This document shows, in pieces, positions 39,030 to 50,986 of a DNA stretch of 64,000 nt. Numbering within the stretch: the stretch's first letter is position 1; each line of letters begins with the position of its first letter. Origin of the DNA: Eledone cirrhosa (Eukaryota); NCBI GenBank assembly GCA_964016885.1, contig OZ024746.1:32302001-32366000 (forward strand). Direction: 5' to 3'. Under the pieces are notes generated by a model that did no database searches, was not told the origin of the DNA, and saw nothing but the letters and a program-made list of their open reading frames with translations. The translations under genes and the position numbers were made by a program.

Positions 39030-39373
39030 TTCATTTTCATTTCATTCATTTTACGTCCGGTTTTTCCCTGCTTGCAAGGGTGGGGCGAGAACTGATTCTG
39101 GCTTGATTTCTACAGCTGGATGCCCTTCCTAACACCAACCTCATTTACAGTGAGTGCTGGGTGCTTTTTTGCTGTGGCACCTCCACGACCACTTTCCAGT
39201 GGAATGATATGGACACCAGTCCCTACCATCTCGTTTCTACAGCTGAGTAAACTGGAGCAATGTGAAATAAAGTGTCTTGCTCAAGGAAACAACACATCAC
39301 CCGGTCTGAGAATTGAACCCACAACCTTTCGATTGCAAGGCCAATGCTCTAACCACTAAGCCATGTGCCTCCA
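39030..39373 (-). mobile_element. SINE family A, full length, in (TA)n
   Basis: Near-identical to the other family A copies; TA repeats on both sides. Confidence 0.92.
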
Positions 39374-39439
39374 TATATATATGGTGGCTGCCAACTCATT
39401 TTCGAGTACGGCCACTACTTTATATCCATGTAGGAGAAC

Positions 39440-39990
39440 TCCTACCGAAGCGCTGAACGAGTGTGACTTTTTAGTCCAGACAGCGACTTGAAAACTCTGG
39501 TACAAACACTACACTTGTGACAAATATTGACACAGTGCTGGGCCCATGATACCATGTGATGACAAGTGCAGAGAGATCTCCAGATATAAAAAAAATGCCT
39601 GTGCCGTGAAGCTTTTATAGTGAGCAAAGGCACTGCACAAAGCCAGTCCCACTCTCTTAACCAAGATGATATTTACCAAAAAGAAGAACAAGTCAACATC
39701 ATTGGATACCATCAGAGTTGCAGGTGTTATATCAGAGTTTTCCTTCTAGAATTCTGCCTTGACAAAGGCTAAGGGGTCAACTCTCCCGGTGATTTTGGAT
39801 GGCCATTGACTCTTAAGAGCTCCTTTGCCCTTTGACAGGTTTTGTTTTTAGTCCTGCAGGATGTCCAAAATCACCCTCCTCAACCAAGAAACCTTGGTGG
39901 GGTTGCCAGTTTAGTCGCCAATGACCCGACCATGAGACAGGTTGTACTGGGATACATGTTACCAGTCGCACCAACTGGTGACCTGACATA
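39440..39990 (-). mobile_element. Internally deleted RTE-type LINE remnant (C-terminal C2H2-like motif plus putative 5' region)
   Basis: ORF 39442-39633 ends CSVCTRVFKSLSGLKSHTRS, typical of RTE/BovB ORF2 C-termini. Assigning 39720-39990 to the 5' region is tentative. Confidence 0.55.
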
Positions 39991-40010
39991 ATATATATAT
40001 ATATATATAT

Positions 40011-40338
40011 ATAATATAAGATCAAAAGATGGTTAAAAGAGTTCCAGGTATTTTATTATGCGCATTTCAAAAACAAATATCATCATGGGATGATATCTCC
40101 GTTCTCATCAGATAAAATAGGGAGACATGATATGAAGCTTAGAAAACACTTGTGAGCAGTGAAGTTTTAAATCAACATTTAAATCAACTTCACTGCTCAC
40201 CAGTGTTTTCTAAGCTTCATATGTCTCCCTATTTTATCTGATGAGAACGGAGATATCATCCCATGATGATATTTGTTTTTGAAATGCGCATAATAAAATA
40301 CCTGGAACTCTTTTAACCATCTTTTGATCTTATATTAT
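40011..40338. mobile_element. Near-perfect 328-bp palindrome (foldback/MITE-like) next to (TA)n
   Basis: Arms 40011-40166 and 40186-40338 differ by one substitution and one 3-nt indel. Confidence 0.85.
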
Positions 40339-40421
40339 TTATACTCCAGTCCTACAAACTGTTGAGTGCTACTTATCCGATATTTGCATTGCTTTATTGT
40401 GCTACAATAAAACTCACCTCC

Positions 40422-40464
<43 letters not shown>

Positions 40465-40917
40465 GCACACACAAAGAAATATACATATATATCGAGACCC
40501 ACACACATCACCATATACAGAGAAAGGGACTGTTTAAGAGTGAGCAACACAACAGAATCAACTCTTTCCTATTCATATCTACTGAAGTGTAATGGAGGGG
40601 ATATAGGGGAACGTGAGAATATATATATGTGGGGTGTGTATAGAGGGGAATGTGTGAAGATATAGATGTAGGGGGGAGATCTATAGGGGAATGTAAGTCT
40701 ATATGTATGGCTGGGGGGGAGGTCTATAGGAAAATGTAAGTATATATGTGGGGGGGGGGCTGTGATGTCAGAAGTCTATAGGGGAATGCGAGTCTATGTA
40801 TGCGAGTGAGGGGGTGATGGCTATAGGGGAATGTGGGGGTGACAACTATAGGGGAATGTGAGTATGTAGGTAGGGGTGATGAGTATAGGAGAATGTGAGT
40901 ATGTAGGGGGGATATAG

Positions 40918-41272
40918 ATGGAGGCACATGGTTTAGTGGTTAGAGCATTGGCCTTGCAATCGAAAGGTTGTGAGTTCAATTCTCAGACCAGGTGATGTGT
41001 TGTTTCCTTGAGCAAGACACTTTATTTCACATTGCTCCAGTTTACTCAGCTGTAGAAATGAGATGATAGGGGCTGGTGTCCCTATCATTCTACTGCAGAG
41101 TGGTCGTGGAGGTGCCACAGCAAAAAAAGCACCCAGCACTCACTGTAAATGAGGTTGGTGTTAGGAAGGGCATCCAGCTGTAGAAATCAAGCCAGAATCA
41201 GTTCCCATCCCACCCTTGCAAGCAGGGAAAAAGCGGACGTAAAACGAAATGATGATGATGATGATGATGATA
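40918..41272 (+). mobile_element. SINE family A, full length
   Basis: Head GGAGGCACATGGTTTAGTGG through (ATG)n tail. Confidence 0.92.
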
Positions 41273-43733
41273 TACGTGGGTGGGGGGGTGGGGAAGTCTA
41301 TAGGGGAATGTGCATCTAATGGGTGGAATGGTGGGGTTGGGTGGAGCTCCATGGGGGAATGTGTGTCTATATATGTTAAAATAGGATACATTTCAACAAG
41401 AAAAATATAATTAGTGTGTGTATATTTTGAAGGTATGCAACTGACTAGAAATTTGAGTGTCAGTGACCAGGTCGCAGACAGTGCAACAAAAATATTTAGC
41501 TCAAGAACTAAATAATGAATATTAAGTTAACAGCTTTTGTGTTTTTAAATGGATAAAATGATACTTCCAGACTGTAATTGTATAATATATAATATATATA
41601 TTATATGAATAAAATTAGTCCATGTATATATACATGTGTGTGTGTATACACACATACACACACACACACGTTTGCGTGTTTGTGTGTGTGTATGTATCTC
41701 AATTTATAATATATACTATTAATCCAAATATTTCTTGTTACCTATATACACACATATATATACATACACACACAATGCACATTGTTGATCTCAATGAGGT
41801 TTTTGTATGCGTGTCTGGTGTATAGACAGGTGGGGGGGGGGGGACCTAAGGTCATAATGGTGAGGGTAGGGGAGTCAGGGACTTGAGGTCATGATTATAG
41901 GGGCGGTGTGGGGCTGAGAGAGAGAGAAGAGTGTGGAACAGTGAAAACCCAAACTGTGGTAACTATGTCAAGACTCCAGCTGACACTAGAATATATGAGG
42001 TGGAGGTGGGGAGGTTATGTATGGGGTGTAACGTAGGTTTTATTGGGCTGATATCTCATCACTGATATAGACTACTACTACTAGTAGTAGTAATACTACT
42101 ACTACAAGAAACAGGTCAAACTTCAGATAATTACATCGAACTAGTATGTGTGTGTGTGTGTGTGTGTATATATATACATATATACACATTTATACACACA
42201 CATGCATACATACATCAACATATATATGCATACACAAACATAGGCACACATACATATGTAAACAATATGCATGTATATGTATATACAATATGCATGTATA
42301 TGTATAAACAATATGCATGTATACATGCATGCATAGATACATAGGCACACACATATGTAAACAAATATATATATATATACACATACATACACACATGCAT
42401 ACATATGTATGTTTATTTAGAAAAAAACTAAAATATTCCAATAGAAATTTTACATTTTTGTTATTGATATTTCAAAATAATTTAGCAAAGCTCACCAAAA
42501 TTGGATTTGTGTGTATGTTATTCGTACGTGTGCATGTATATGTTTATTCATGCATGTGTGTGTGTGTGTGTGTGTGTGTATGTACGTTTATGTGTATGCC
42601 ATGTCCACTAACATTTTATAATGATTTTATTTTAAATCTGCTTCAAGTTGGTCGGTCTTCCTTGGGAAGGAAGGAATTCTATTATATCAGAGAGGAGCCT
42701 CACCCTGCAGACCAACAGAAAGTTCCTTGAAGGTTCTACCTTATTAGAACCAAATATATTTAGAATCTGTCTTTGGTTATCATCATTTAACGTCCGTTTT
42801 CCCTGCTAGCAAGGATCATACAAAACTGTTTTAAAGTGTAAATATTTATCTAAAAACCTTCCATCATAATTTATGTTCCAAACACGTTAAATAATGAGAA
42901 AGTTAATTATATTGCTAAGCCTTTCCAAATTCTTGATTTTCAAATTTAATTGAAAACCATAGACAGTGTCTTTCGTTGGAAATATGGCAACAAAAGAATT
43001 AAAGGTGTTTTACTGTCTAGCACCTTTCAAAGTTTTAAAAAGTTTAGGTCATTAATGAACTTCCCAAACTAATTTGCTTGTCTTGCAAGAAGTAGCAGTC
43101 GCATCTCCCTCAAGAGAAACACATTGTATAATGCATAGTTGTGGACATACTAAATAAATGGCATGGAATGTTCATGGTTGGAGTGCCTTGATCATACTTA
43201 AGATTGACTTCGGCATAAACAGCATGTGAATATTTAGTTTCAATAAGTTATGCAGTCTAAATTCACCATATATACTCTACAAATTAGAAGATGAATCTAA
43301 CTAGTTTATTTTTATATCTTTATTTAAGGCTTCTAATTGAGAAGCTGTAGTAGTTTATCTATCTATAATACCTTACGTTTCACAAAGTTACAAACAGTAT
43401 AGATTTCATATGTTGCTATCTTGCTGAAATTATATATATATATATATATATATATTTATTTATTTACACGTGGACAAAAAAAAAAATGGAACAATAACAC
43501 ATGAGATGGATTGGCGGAGTCGATAGAGCATCAGATTAAATATTCGGCGTTATTGTAGTTATGGCCCTTTACATTTTGGTTTCAAATCTCTCCGGGGTCA
43601 ACTTGGTTTTCATCCTTCCAGAATCAATGAAAGAATACCAGTGAAGTAATTAGATCGATATTATCAACAATACATTACCCCCGCCCTCATACACAATTCG
43701 AGGTCTTTACATAACATTATTTAAACCATGGTC

Positions 43734-43828
43734 TGAGTTCAAATCCCTCCGAGGTTGACTTTGCCTTTCATCCTTACGGGGTCGATAAAATAAAGTACCA
43801 GTACCTTGTGCCTAAAGTAGAAACAATT
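43734..43828 (+). mobile_element. 5'-truncated, internally deleted SINE family B with 18-bp TSD
   Basis: ATTATTTAAACCATGGTC at 43716-43733 and 43826-43843. Confidence 0.88.
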
Positions 43829-44377
43829 ATTTAAACCATGGTCAGATACCTGATACAGCTTACTTCGCATCAAAGGCGTTCCAAAAGAGATCATCCTGCA
43901 TTTTAAATTTGAGATTTTGGATAGTTTATGAAGGGCTACATTATCTAACATATCTAAGTCAGTAGACGCGTGAGATTTGGTTATTTCAGCTATCATTGAC
44001 AACAGACCTCCTTCGAAGAAAATGAAAATGCGTGCTTTATTATTATGTTTAATATATCTCAGCCGATTCATTGGATTCATTTTGCAAACCCTGTTCGTGT
44101 GTGTGCAGACACATGCACCAACCGGTGAAAGAACCCTAACTTTAACCAAAATGTGTCTATAGGCACCGAATTAGACGAGATATTTTCATATTTTGATTAT
44201 GTGGGGGTCCGGTAAATGCTTACTATACCACTGACTTCTAAGGAGATCTAGACTTGGTAATGGCCTAAGTATAAAGGTCTGTTAATAACTTACACCGGGA
44301 CTTATGACAATAATTAAAAAAGTGGAATTTAATTATTTTGAAACCCCAGCCAGAGCAACAAACAGAGTGTAGAGAAG

Positions 44378-44426
<49 letters not shown>

Positions 44427-44511
44427 GAGAAAGAGATAGTGTAAGACGGTTGAGCTTTCAGTGTTTCAACGACGTGAGCTCAGCTGTCGGGCACTAACAT
44501 TCCCCTACCCC

Positions 44512-44567
<56 letters not shown>

Positions 44568-44849
44568 CATGCATACATTGCATAAAGAAAACAAGACATA
44601 CAAAATAGTATATACATTTAATGAATGTATTCATTGTTCATTAAATAAGAGTATGTGTGTACATATATATAAAACACCTAACATATATGAATGTAAACAG
44701 TATGTGTAGACATTGTATAAAGAAAGCAAAGCATACAAAAGACATCTGTACTACTTAATGACGTGTTTACATGTACACAAACTATGTTTGTGTGGACATA
44801 AACACAGGTGTATGGGGAATATATAATGAATATATTGAAAAATGTAGTG

Positions 44850-44934
44850 TATATATATATTATGTCCAGTTTGGTTGTAGTAAAGTTAAAATTCATTTGA
44901 ATTGACAATATGCATACATACGTTTGTATGCATG

Positions 44935-44978
<44 letters not shown>

Positions 44979-44984
44979 TGGGTG

Positions 44985-45032
<48 letters not shown>

Positions 45033-45068
45033 AACGGCTTGAGCTCAGCCGTCGGGGTCCTACTCGTT

Positions 45069-45108
<40 letters not shown>

Positions 45109-45193
45109 CATGCATACAAACGTATGTATGCATATTGTCAATTCAAATGAATTTTAACTTTACTACAACCAAACTGGACATAATATATATATA
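44850..45193. repeat. Perfect inverted duplication (78-bp unique arms plus (TA)n) around a short GC-rich stem-loop
   Basis: 44861-44938 is the exact reverse complement of 45105-45182. Confidence 0.92.
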
Positions 45194-45314
45194 AACATAA
45201 ATATATATGTATGCGTCTATCTATAGAAATGTTTACGTGTGTTCTTTGACTATGACTAAGATGGAGCACTGACTTTACAGCTGTGCCCTATAGATTTGTA
45301 TATATATATATATA

Positions 45315-45356
<42 letters not shown>

Positions 45357-45415
45357 TGTGCATGCACCCACACAGGGTACATGTGTCTCGGTTTATGTTC
45401 GTATAGAGGGAGTGC

Positions 45416-45448
<33 letters not shown>

Positions 45449-45534
45449 AAGGGGGTATGTGTACCCTCCCCCATATACATTTATGTATATAAGCAGAGAG
45501 AATGTGAATCCCCGAATACATTTATACATGTGTG

Positions 45535-45608
<74 letters not shown>

Positions 45609-45677
45609 CGTCAGAAGGAGATTTGTATTCATTCCTTTTTTGATTCTTTCGTAAATCATATTTCTTATAGAAATTGT

Positions 45678-45797
45678 TTATATGTAAATAAACTTTATCA
45701 TTTGTACATTATATTTATATATAGGGTCCACTATATATTGCCAAGCAAGCAGGCAGGCAGTGACAGTAAAATAAAGCTGGAGAAATCGTTCTTCCAT
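45678..45797 (-). CDS. Candidate 39-aa hydrophobic micropeptide MEERFLQLYFTVTACLLAWQYIVDPIYKYNVQMIKFIYI
   Basis: ATG in CCACCATGG context, 56 nt downstream of a CTAAC-gcattgttttAG acceptor (exon start 45853). No homology or expression evidence available. Confidence 0.25.
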   Translation of the reverse strand: MEERFLQLYFTVTACLLAWQYIVDPIYKYNVQMIKFIYI

Positions 45798-46123
45798 GGT
45801 GGAAGTTGGTGAACTTAGTTGACCAAAGGTAACTGTTCTACAGAAATAAACATCTAAAACAATGCGTTAGAAATAAATATTTTAAAAAGGGAGTAATTTA
45901 CCTTATTATTTTCAAGTGCCTGTGCCGAATGGGAATCCTTAGCGGCAAAGCAATTTTGACATTTGCTCTTGTTAAAAATGTTAGGTACAAATTTGCGGCA
46001 TTTTGTAGCCATCTTCACTGCTTTTTATTATTTAGTTGTCAATACATTTAGAAAAAATATACAGATGTATGTGTATATAATTAAAGAAACTCATATATAC
46101 ACGTGTGTATGTGTATTATGTGG

Positions 46124-46197
<74 letters not shown>

Positions 46198-46559
46198 TAA
46201 AGGGTGGACAGGTTTGCTATGCGTAATAATAAAACATAGATAATATATAGATTTATATTTAATATTTAAAGATATTCATGGTATTGTGTATGTATGTGAG
46301 GTGTGTATATAAATATAGACACATGTAAAATTAATTATATATGTATATAATTAAAAGGATGGATAAATTTCTATGTATAATAATTAAACATAGGTAATAT
46401 ATAAATGTATGTGTGTACGTTTATATTCATAAATATAATATAGTGTGTATATGTGGGTGCTCGTGTGTGGATGAGAGGTTGCTATGTATAATACATAGGT
46501 GGCAATATACCTACGTACTCCATATGTATTCACAAGTGTTTGGAAGGTGCGTGTGGTAA

Positions 46560-47215
46560 TTAATTAGTCGTTTGTGTAGCAAAACAAATATATTCCTCTG
46601 TATTTGTCCAACCAAGCGGACTGACTGCGTAGTAGTTGTTAGTAGTAGCAATACTAACAAATAATAAAACGCTAGCGGTACTGTAGTTGTAGTAGTAATA
46701 AACGATATTGTTGTTATAGTAGCCGTGTGTTGATGGTGAAATATTAAGTCTACTACATTGCCGGCTACTTGTTAGTAAGGACGAAGGCCTTACTACAGAA
46801 ACTTTAGCACGGCCGACCAATAATGGTAGTAGTACTACAGACACTAGTAGTATTTTTGTTAATGCTCCGGTGACAATCAAAGAGTGCCACACACCGTATG
46901 ACTCCAGAAACATTTAGTTAGTCCGAGAGCCGACTTTGTATGTCGGCTTGGATTTCGTCCGTATCTTGTCTTGCTTTTCTAAACTGGTTGGTATGGACTG
47001 TGTGAGGTTCTCTCCATAATCGTTAATATTGTTGATAATTATTGATGTATCGATATATAGACAGAGATATGTGTGATAAGAATACATATATAGACTTTCT
47101 AACTTTCTTCCTACTTCAATTTATATGTACATACATTATAAATCACCTTCGTTAATTGTGGTAATTAAGCGGCGTGCTCCGATAGTAGACCGCCATTTGA
47201 CTTCGGTAGTAGATA
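46560..47215. promoter_or_regulatory. CpG-retaining unique island, possible promoter or first exon
   Basis: Many CG dinucleotides compared with the CpG-depleted flanks; TTG|GTATGG donor-like site at 46990/46991 (+); YY1-like CCGCCATTT at ~47189. Confidence 0.35.
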
Positions 47216-47984
47216 GTATATGTGTGAGAGAGAGAGGTATTGTATTACATAGAGAGGGTGAAAAAAGAAAGGTATTGTGTTACATAAAGGGAGTGAAAGA
47301 GAGAGGTATTGTGTTACAGAAAGGGGATGAGAGTGTGTGAGAATGAGAGAGGTATTGTGTTACAGAGAGAAGGTGAAAGCGAGAGAGAGAGACATATGGT
47401 GTTACAGAAAGAGAGTGAGGGAAAGACATTTTGTATTACAGAGAGGGGGGTAAAAGAGAAAAGCATTGCGCTAGAGCGAGGATGAGAAAAAAAAGGTATT
47501 CTGCTACACAGAGAGTGACTGAGAGTGTGTATGAGAGTAGTATAGCTTTAGAGAGAGGGAATGACAATATGTGTGCGTATGTGTATGACAGATGGAGTAG
47601 GAGAGAGGTGTGTGACAGAGAGAGACAGTGTGTGTGATTGAAAGAGGGGGAAGAACTAAGGTAAGGAGTTGGTCAACGTAGTGTAAATAGTGACCAGGGA
47701 GATAGACAAAATAGTCATTTGGCCCTCTAACTATTAAACTGAGTCAAGATAGACTTTTTAACAAATTGCTTGTTGTTGACTTTTAGTTGGAGTTGAGGGG
47801 TGGGGATTAGAGAATATGTAATTATATGAGGGGAGAGAGAGGGGAACATGGTAACAGAAACACGTAGGAGGAGGAAGAATTGAAAGGGTAGTAGGGGCTA
47901 AAAAGAAAGAGAATGAAGGTGCTTGATGATAATAGTTAATTAAAGGGAATGTGGGGGTGTTGAACATCCGTCGCTTCCGACGAC

Positions 47985-48225
47985 GAGTGTTCCGGTTGTT
48001 ACGACCCAATAGAACAACCTTATTATGAAATCAATGTCCATAAACACGTGTACGCTTAACGTAGTGCTCAGGGAGATTCGGCAGGATACGGTGTGACAAG
48101 GCTGTCCTTTTGAATTACAGGTACAACTGAGTGGACTGAAGCAACGTGGAATAAAATCTTGTTCAAGAAAAAACATACTCTCCCAAGAATCGAACTCACA
48201 ACCTAACCATTAAACCACACACCTT
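47985..48225 (-). mobile_element. SINE family C, decayed
   Basis: CTTAACGTAGTGCTCAGGGAGATTC...TTTGAATTACAGGTACAACT. Confidence 0.7.
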
Positions 48226-48334
48226 CAGACATAGTAAGTGAAACAATAAAATAACACAGAGCGGGGAGTTAGATATATAGAAAGGGTAAGAGAGGCGGAG
48301 AGAGAATGAAATATATTTTCATTACGTTAGTGTT

Positions 48335-48568
48335 GATACTACTACCACTACTGCTGCTGTTGCTGCTGCTACTATTACCAGTACTACTGCTGCGACTACT
48401 GCTGTTACTACTACTACTACTACTACTGCCAACTACTACTACTACTACTACTGCCGACTACTACTACTACTACTACTATTACTACTACTACTACTACTAC
48501 TACTATTGCTGCTACTACTACTGCTACTGCTACTGCTACTACTACTACTACTACTACTACTACTGCCG

Positions 48569-48614
<46 letters not shown>

Positions 48615-48800
48615 TTACTACTACTACTACTACTACTATTGCTGCTACTGCTACTGCTACTACTACAACCACTACAACAACAACTACTGCTGCTGCTGTT
48701 GCTGCGCTATTACTACCACCACAACCCTACTGCTGATACTACTACTACTATTGCTGTTGCGCTACTACTACAACAACAACAACAACTACTACTATTATAA
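48335..48800. repeat. (CTA/CTG)n trinucleotide tract
   Basis: Long TAC/CTA runs. Confidence 0.95.
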
Positions 48801-48804
48801 CTTT

Positions 48805-48990
48805 GTGAAGGAACGTGGCCTAGTGGTTAGGGTATTGGCCTTATCATTATAATGTCATAAGTTCGATGGGCTGTGTGTTGTGTTCCTGGGACTTTATTTG
48901 TTCCTTCTGCCATGAGTTGTAACTGACAGGTAGTATCAGCAATAGAAGGACCAATGGAAACATTGTTACCTTAGTTTGATCTGATGATTA
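48805..48990 (+). mobile_element. Decayed tRNA-SINE with GTATCAGCAAT...CCAAT tail
   Basis: GTGGCCTAGTGGTTAGGG head; the tail is also at 37570-37625 (-) and 60960-61025 (+). Confidence 0.55.
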
Positions 48991-49089
48991 GCTCATGTCC
49001 TTTCAACTACTACATTGTTTGATAACGTCACTACCACTAATACACATCATATAATATACATATTATATAATGTGTGTGTGTGTGGTGTA

Positions 49090-50110
49090 TGATGGTGGGA
49101 TGAATGCATAAGAGATGTAATAGGATCAAAGGCTGGTTCATACAGAGGTATGTAGCAGGTGCAGAGATGTAAGATGGCAGTAAGAGCAACCATCAAATAA
49201 ACTCTATCCCTAGAAATAGTTGATAGCTTCTGTTACCCAGGCAACATAATTAACAGCAGGGAAGGGTGTCTTGGAATCATAGTAGCCAGATTAACCCTTT
49301 TTATAACACACTGACTGAAACCACACCTGGTTCTATGATAGAAAACTGTTTTAAATTGTTTATACTAGAAAGTTTATATATGTTTATATATGTTTTTTGA
49401 AAGAACCTTTGATAAGTTATGTTCCAAACACCAACTTAATAATGAGAAAGTTAGCAATATTACTTAATCTTCCCAAATTCTTGATTATTTTTTAAATTGA
49501 TTAAAAATCATAGACAGTATGTTTCATTAGAAATATGGTAATGAAAGGCTTAAAATGTTTTTAATTATCTAAAAAATTTCCATCATAATTTTATGCAAGT
49601 TATGTTCTAAGCACCAGCTTAATAACAAGAAAGTTATATTACTAGATTTCATCAAATTTTAAATTGAAAATCACGGACCATGTGTTTTGTTAGAAATATG
49701 AAAACAAAAGGGTTAAATGTTTAAGGAGCTATCACATCTGCTAATGACAATAAGCTTCTCTCTCTCAGAGTGAAGGGATGATTGTTTAATGTTTGTGTAC
49801 AAAATTTAATGTCACATGGTATCAAAACATGGGCATTGAAGATAGAGGATGTGTGAAGGTTAGAAAAAAAAAAAGGTTTGCATGTCCTGTTGGATGTAGA
49901 CATCCAACAGGACATGCTCACCTTAGTGTACATAAACAATGGAACAGTTGAGAGAAAAGCTGTGTATAAGAGGAATCATATGTAGTGTGCAACAGTGGAG
50001 ACTGTGCTGGCATAGACATGTTTAGAATGACAGTTGGGTAAAGAAATGCTAAGTGATCCAAGTGGAAGGAAGCTATGTATGAACAGAAATGAGAAAACTG
50101 ATTTCATGAC
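49090..50110 (+). mobile_element. RTE-clade LINE reverse transcriptase C-terminal fragment, interrupted by a MITE dimer
   Basis: HKRCNRIKG...LEIVDSFCYPGNIINSREGCLGIIVAR | FKELSHLL...LRVKG.LFNVCVQNLMSHGIKTWAL resembles RTE LEVVDSFCYLG...FRELLPLL...LRVKGRLY.ACV...LHGSETW. Confidence 0.8.
49295..49712. mobile_element. Dimer of the piggyBac-type TTAA MITE inserted in the RTE fragment
   Basis: TTAA|CCCTTTT ... AAAAGGG|TTAA with an internal end and TTAA at ~49550. Confidence 0.78.
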
Positions 50111-50799
50111 ATAAGCTGTCTCCCTAAACAATGTCCTCTTTATCTCCCTTGCACTACATAGATCTTAGCTTAAATTTTAAAAGCAATCATAAATTATAAT
50201 GTAAAAACATCAACATTTTTCTATTTTCAGCGTACAGCAGATTTCTTGCAGACTCGTAACAGTAATTTCAAACTAATTTTGCCCTGTCCTCTCAAATAGT
50301 AGCTCCATAATTGTGATTAATTATAAAATATAATATATTACAATTAATTATAATACACATTTTTATCTCACAATGCATAATTACATTAAAGATAATTGGT
50401 AGCTATTTAATTAGAATCGGCCAATTAATTGGTAATTGGTAATCGACCAATTTACATCCCTAGTATAGAGAATATTTGAAGACCCAAGTGTTATAACCTC
50501 CTCCCCTCTTCTTCTTCTTCTTCTTCTCCTTCACATCATCAGCATCATTATCATCATCATTTAATGTCTGCTTTCTCTGTTAGCAAGGGTTAAGCAGGTT
50601 GACACAGAGCTACTGACCTCTCAGACAAGTTGGGAGCTTCTATCTCCCTTACATATGTTCTCACAGCTTACACTCTACAAAGTGTAATTTATCATGGTGC
50701 ATTTAAATCATGGCACCAGTTCTTAGGAGACTGACACAGCTGAAGAGTTCTTCCAATTATATACTGTATGGTATTTAATATAGAAGAGTGGATTTAATA

Positions 50800-50986
50800 A
50801 GGGCGGTGGATTGGCAGTATCGGTAGAGGGTCGGACGCCATGCTTTCCAGCATAGTTACGTCCCTTTACGATCTGAGTTCAAATCCCGCCGGTTGACTTT
50901 GCCTTTCATCCTTACGGGGTCGATAAAATAAAAGTACCAGTAATGCACTGGGTAATTGCTGGCCTTGTGCCTAAAGTAGAAACAAT
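50800..50986 (+). mobile_element. SINE family B, full length, with 17-bp TSD
   Basis: ATTTAATATAGAAGAGT at 50773-50789 and 50985-51001. Confidence 0.92.

Noticed and set aside
39442-39633. C2H2 zinc-finger gene exon
   Set aside because: A single finger at the end of a decayed frame; fits an RTE LINE C-terminus better.
47960-48020. Two adjacent hairpins as an ncRNA
   Set aside because: Largely overlaps the 3' tail of a family C SINE (compare 1450-1485); stems are short.
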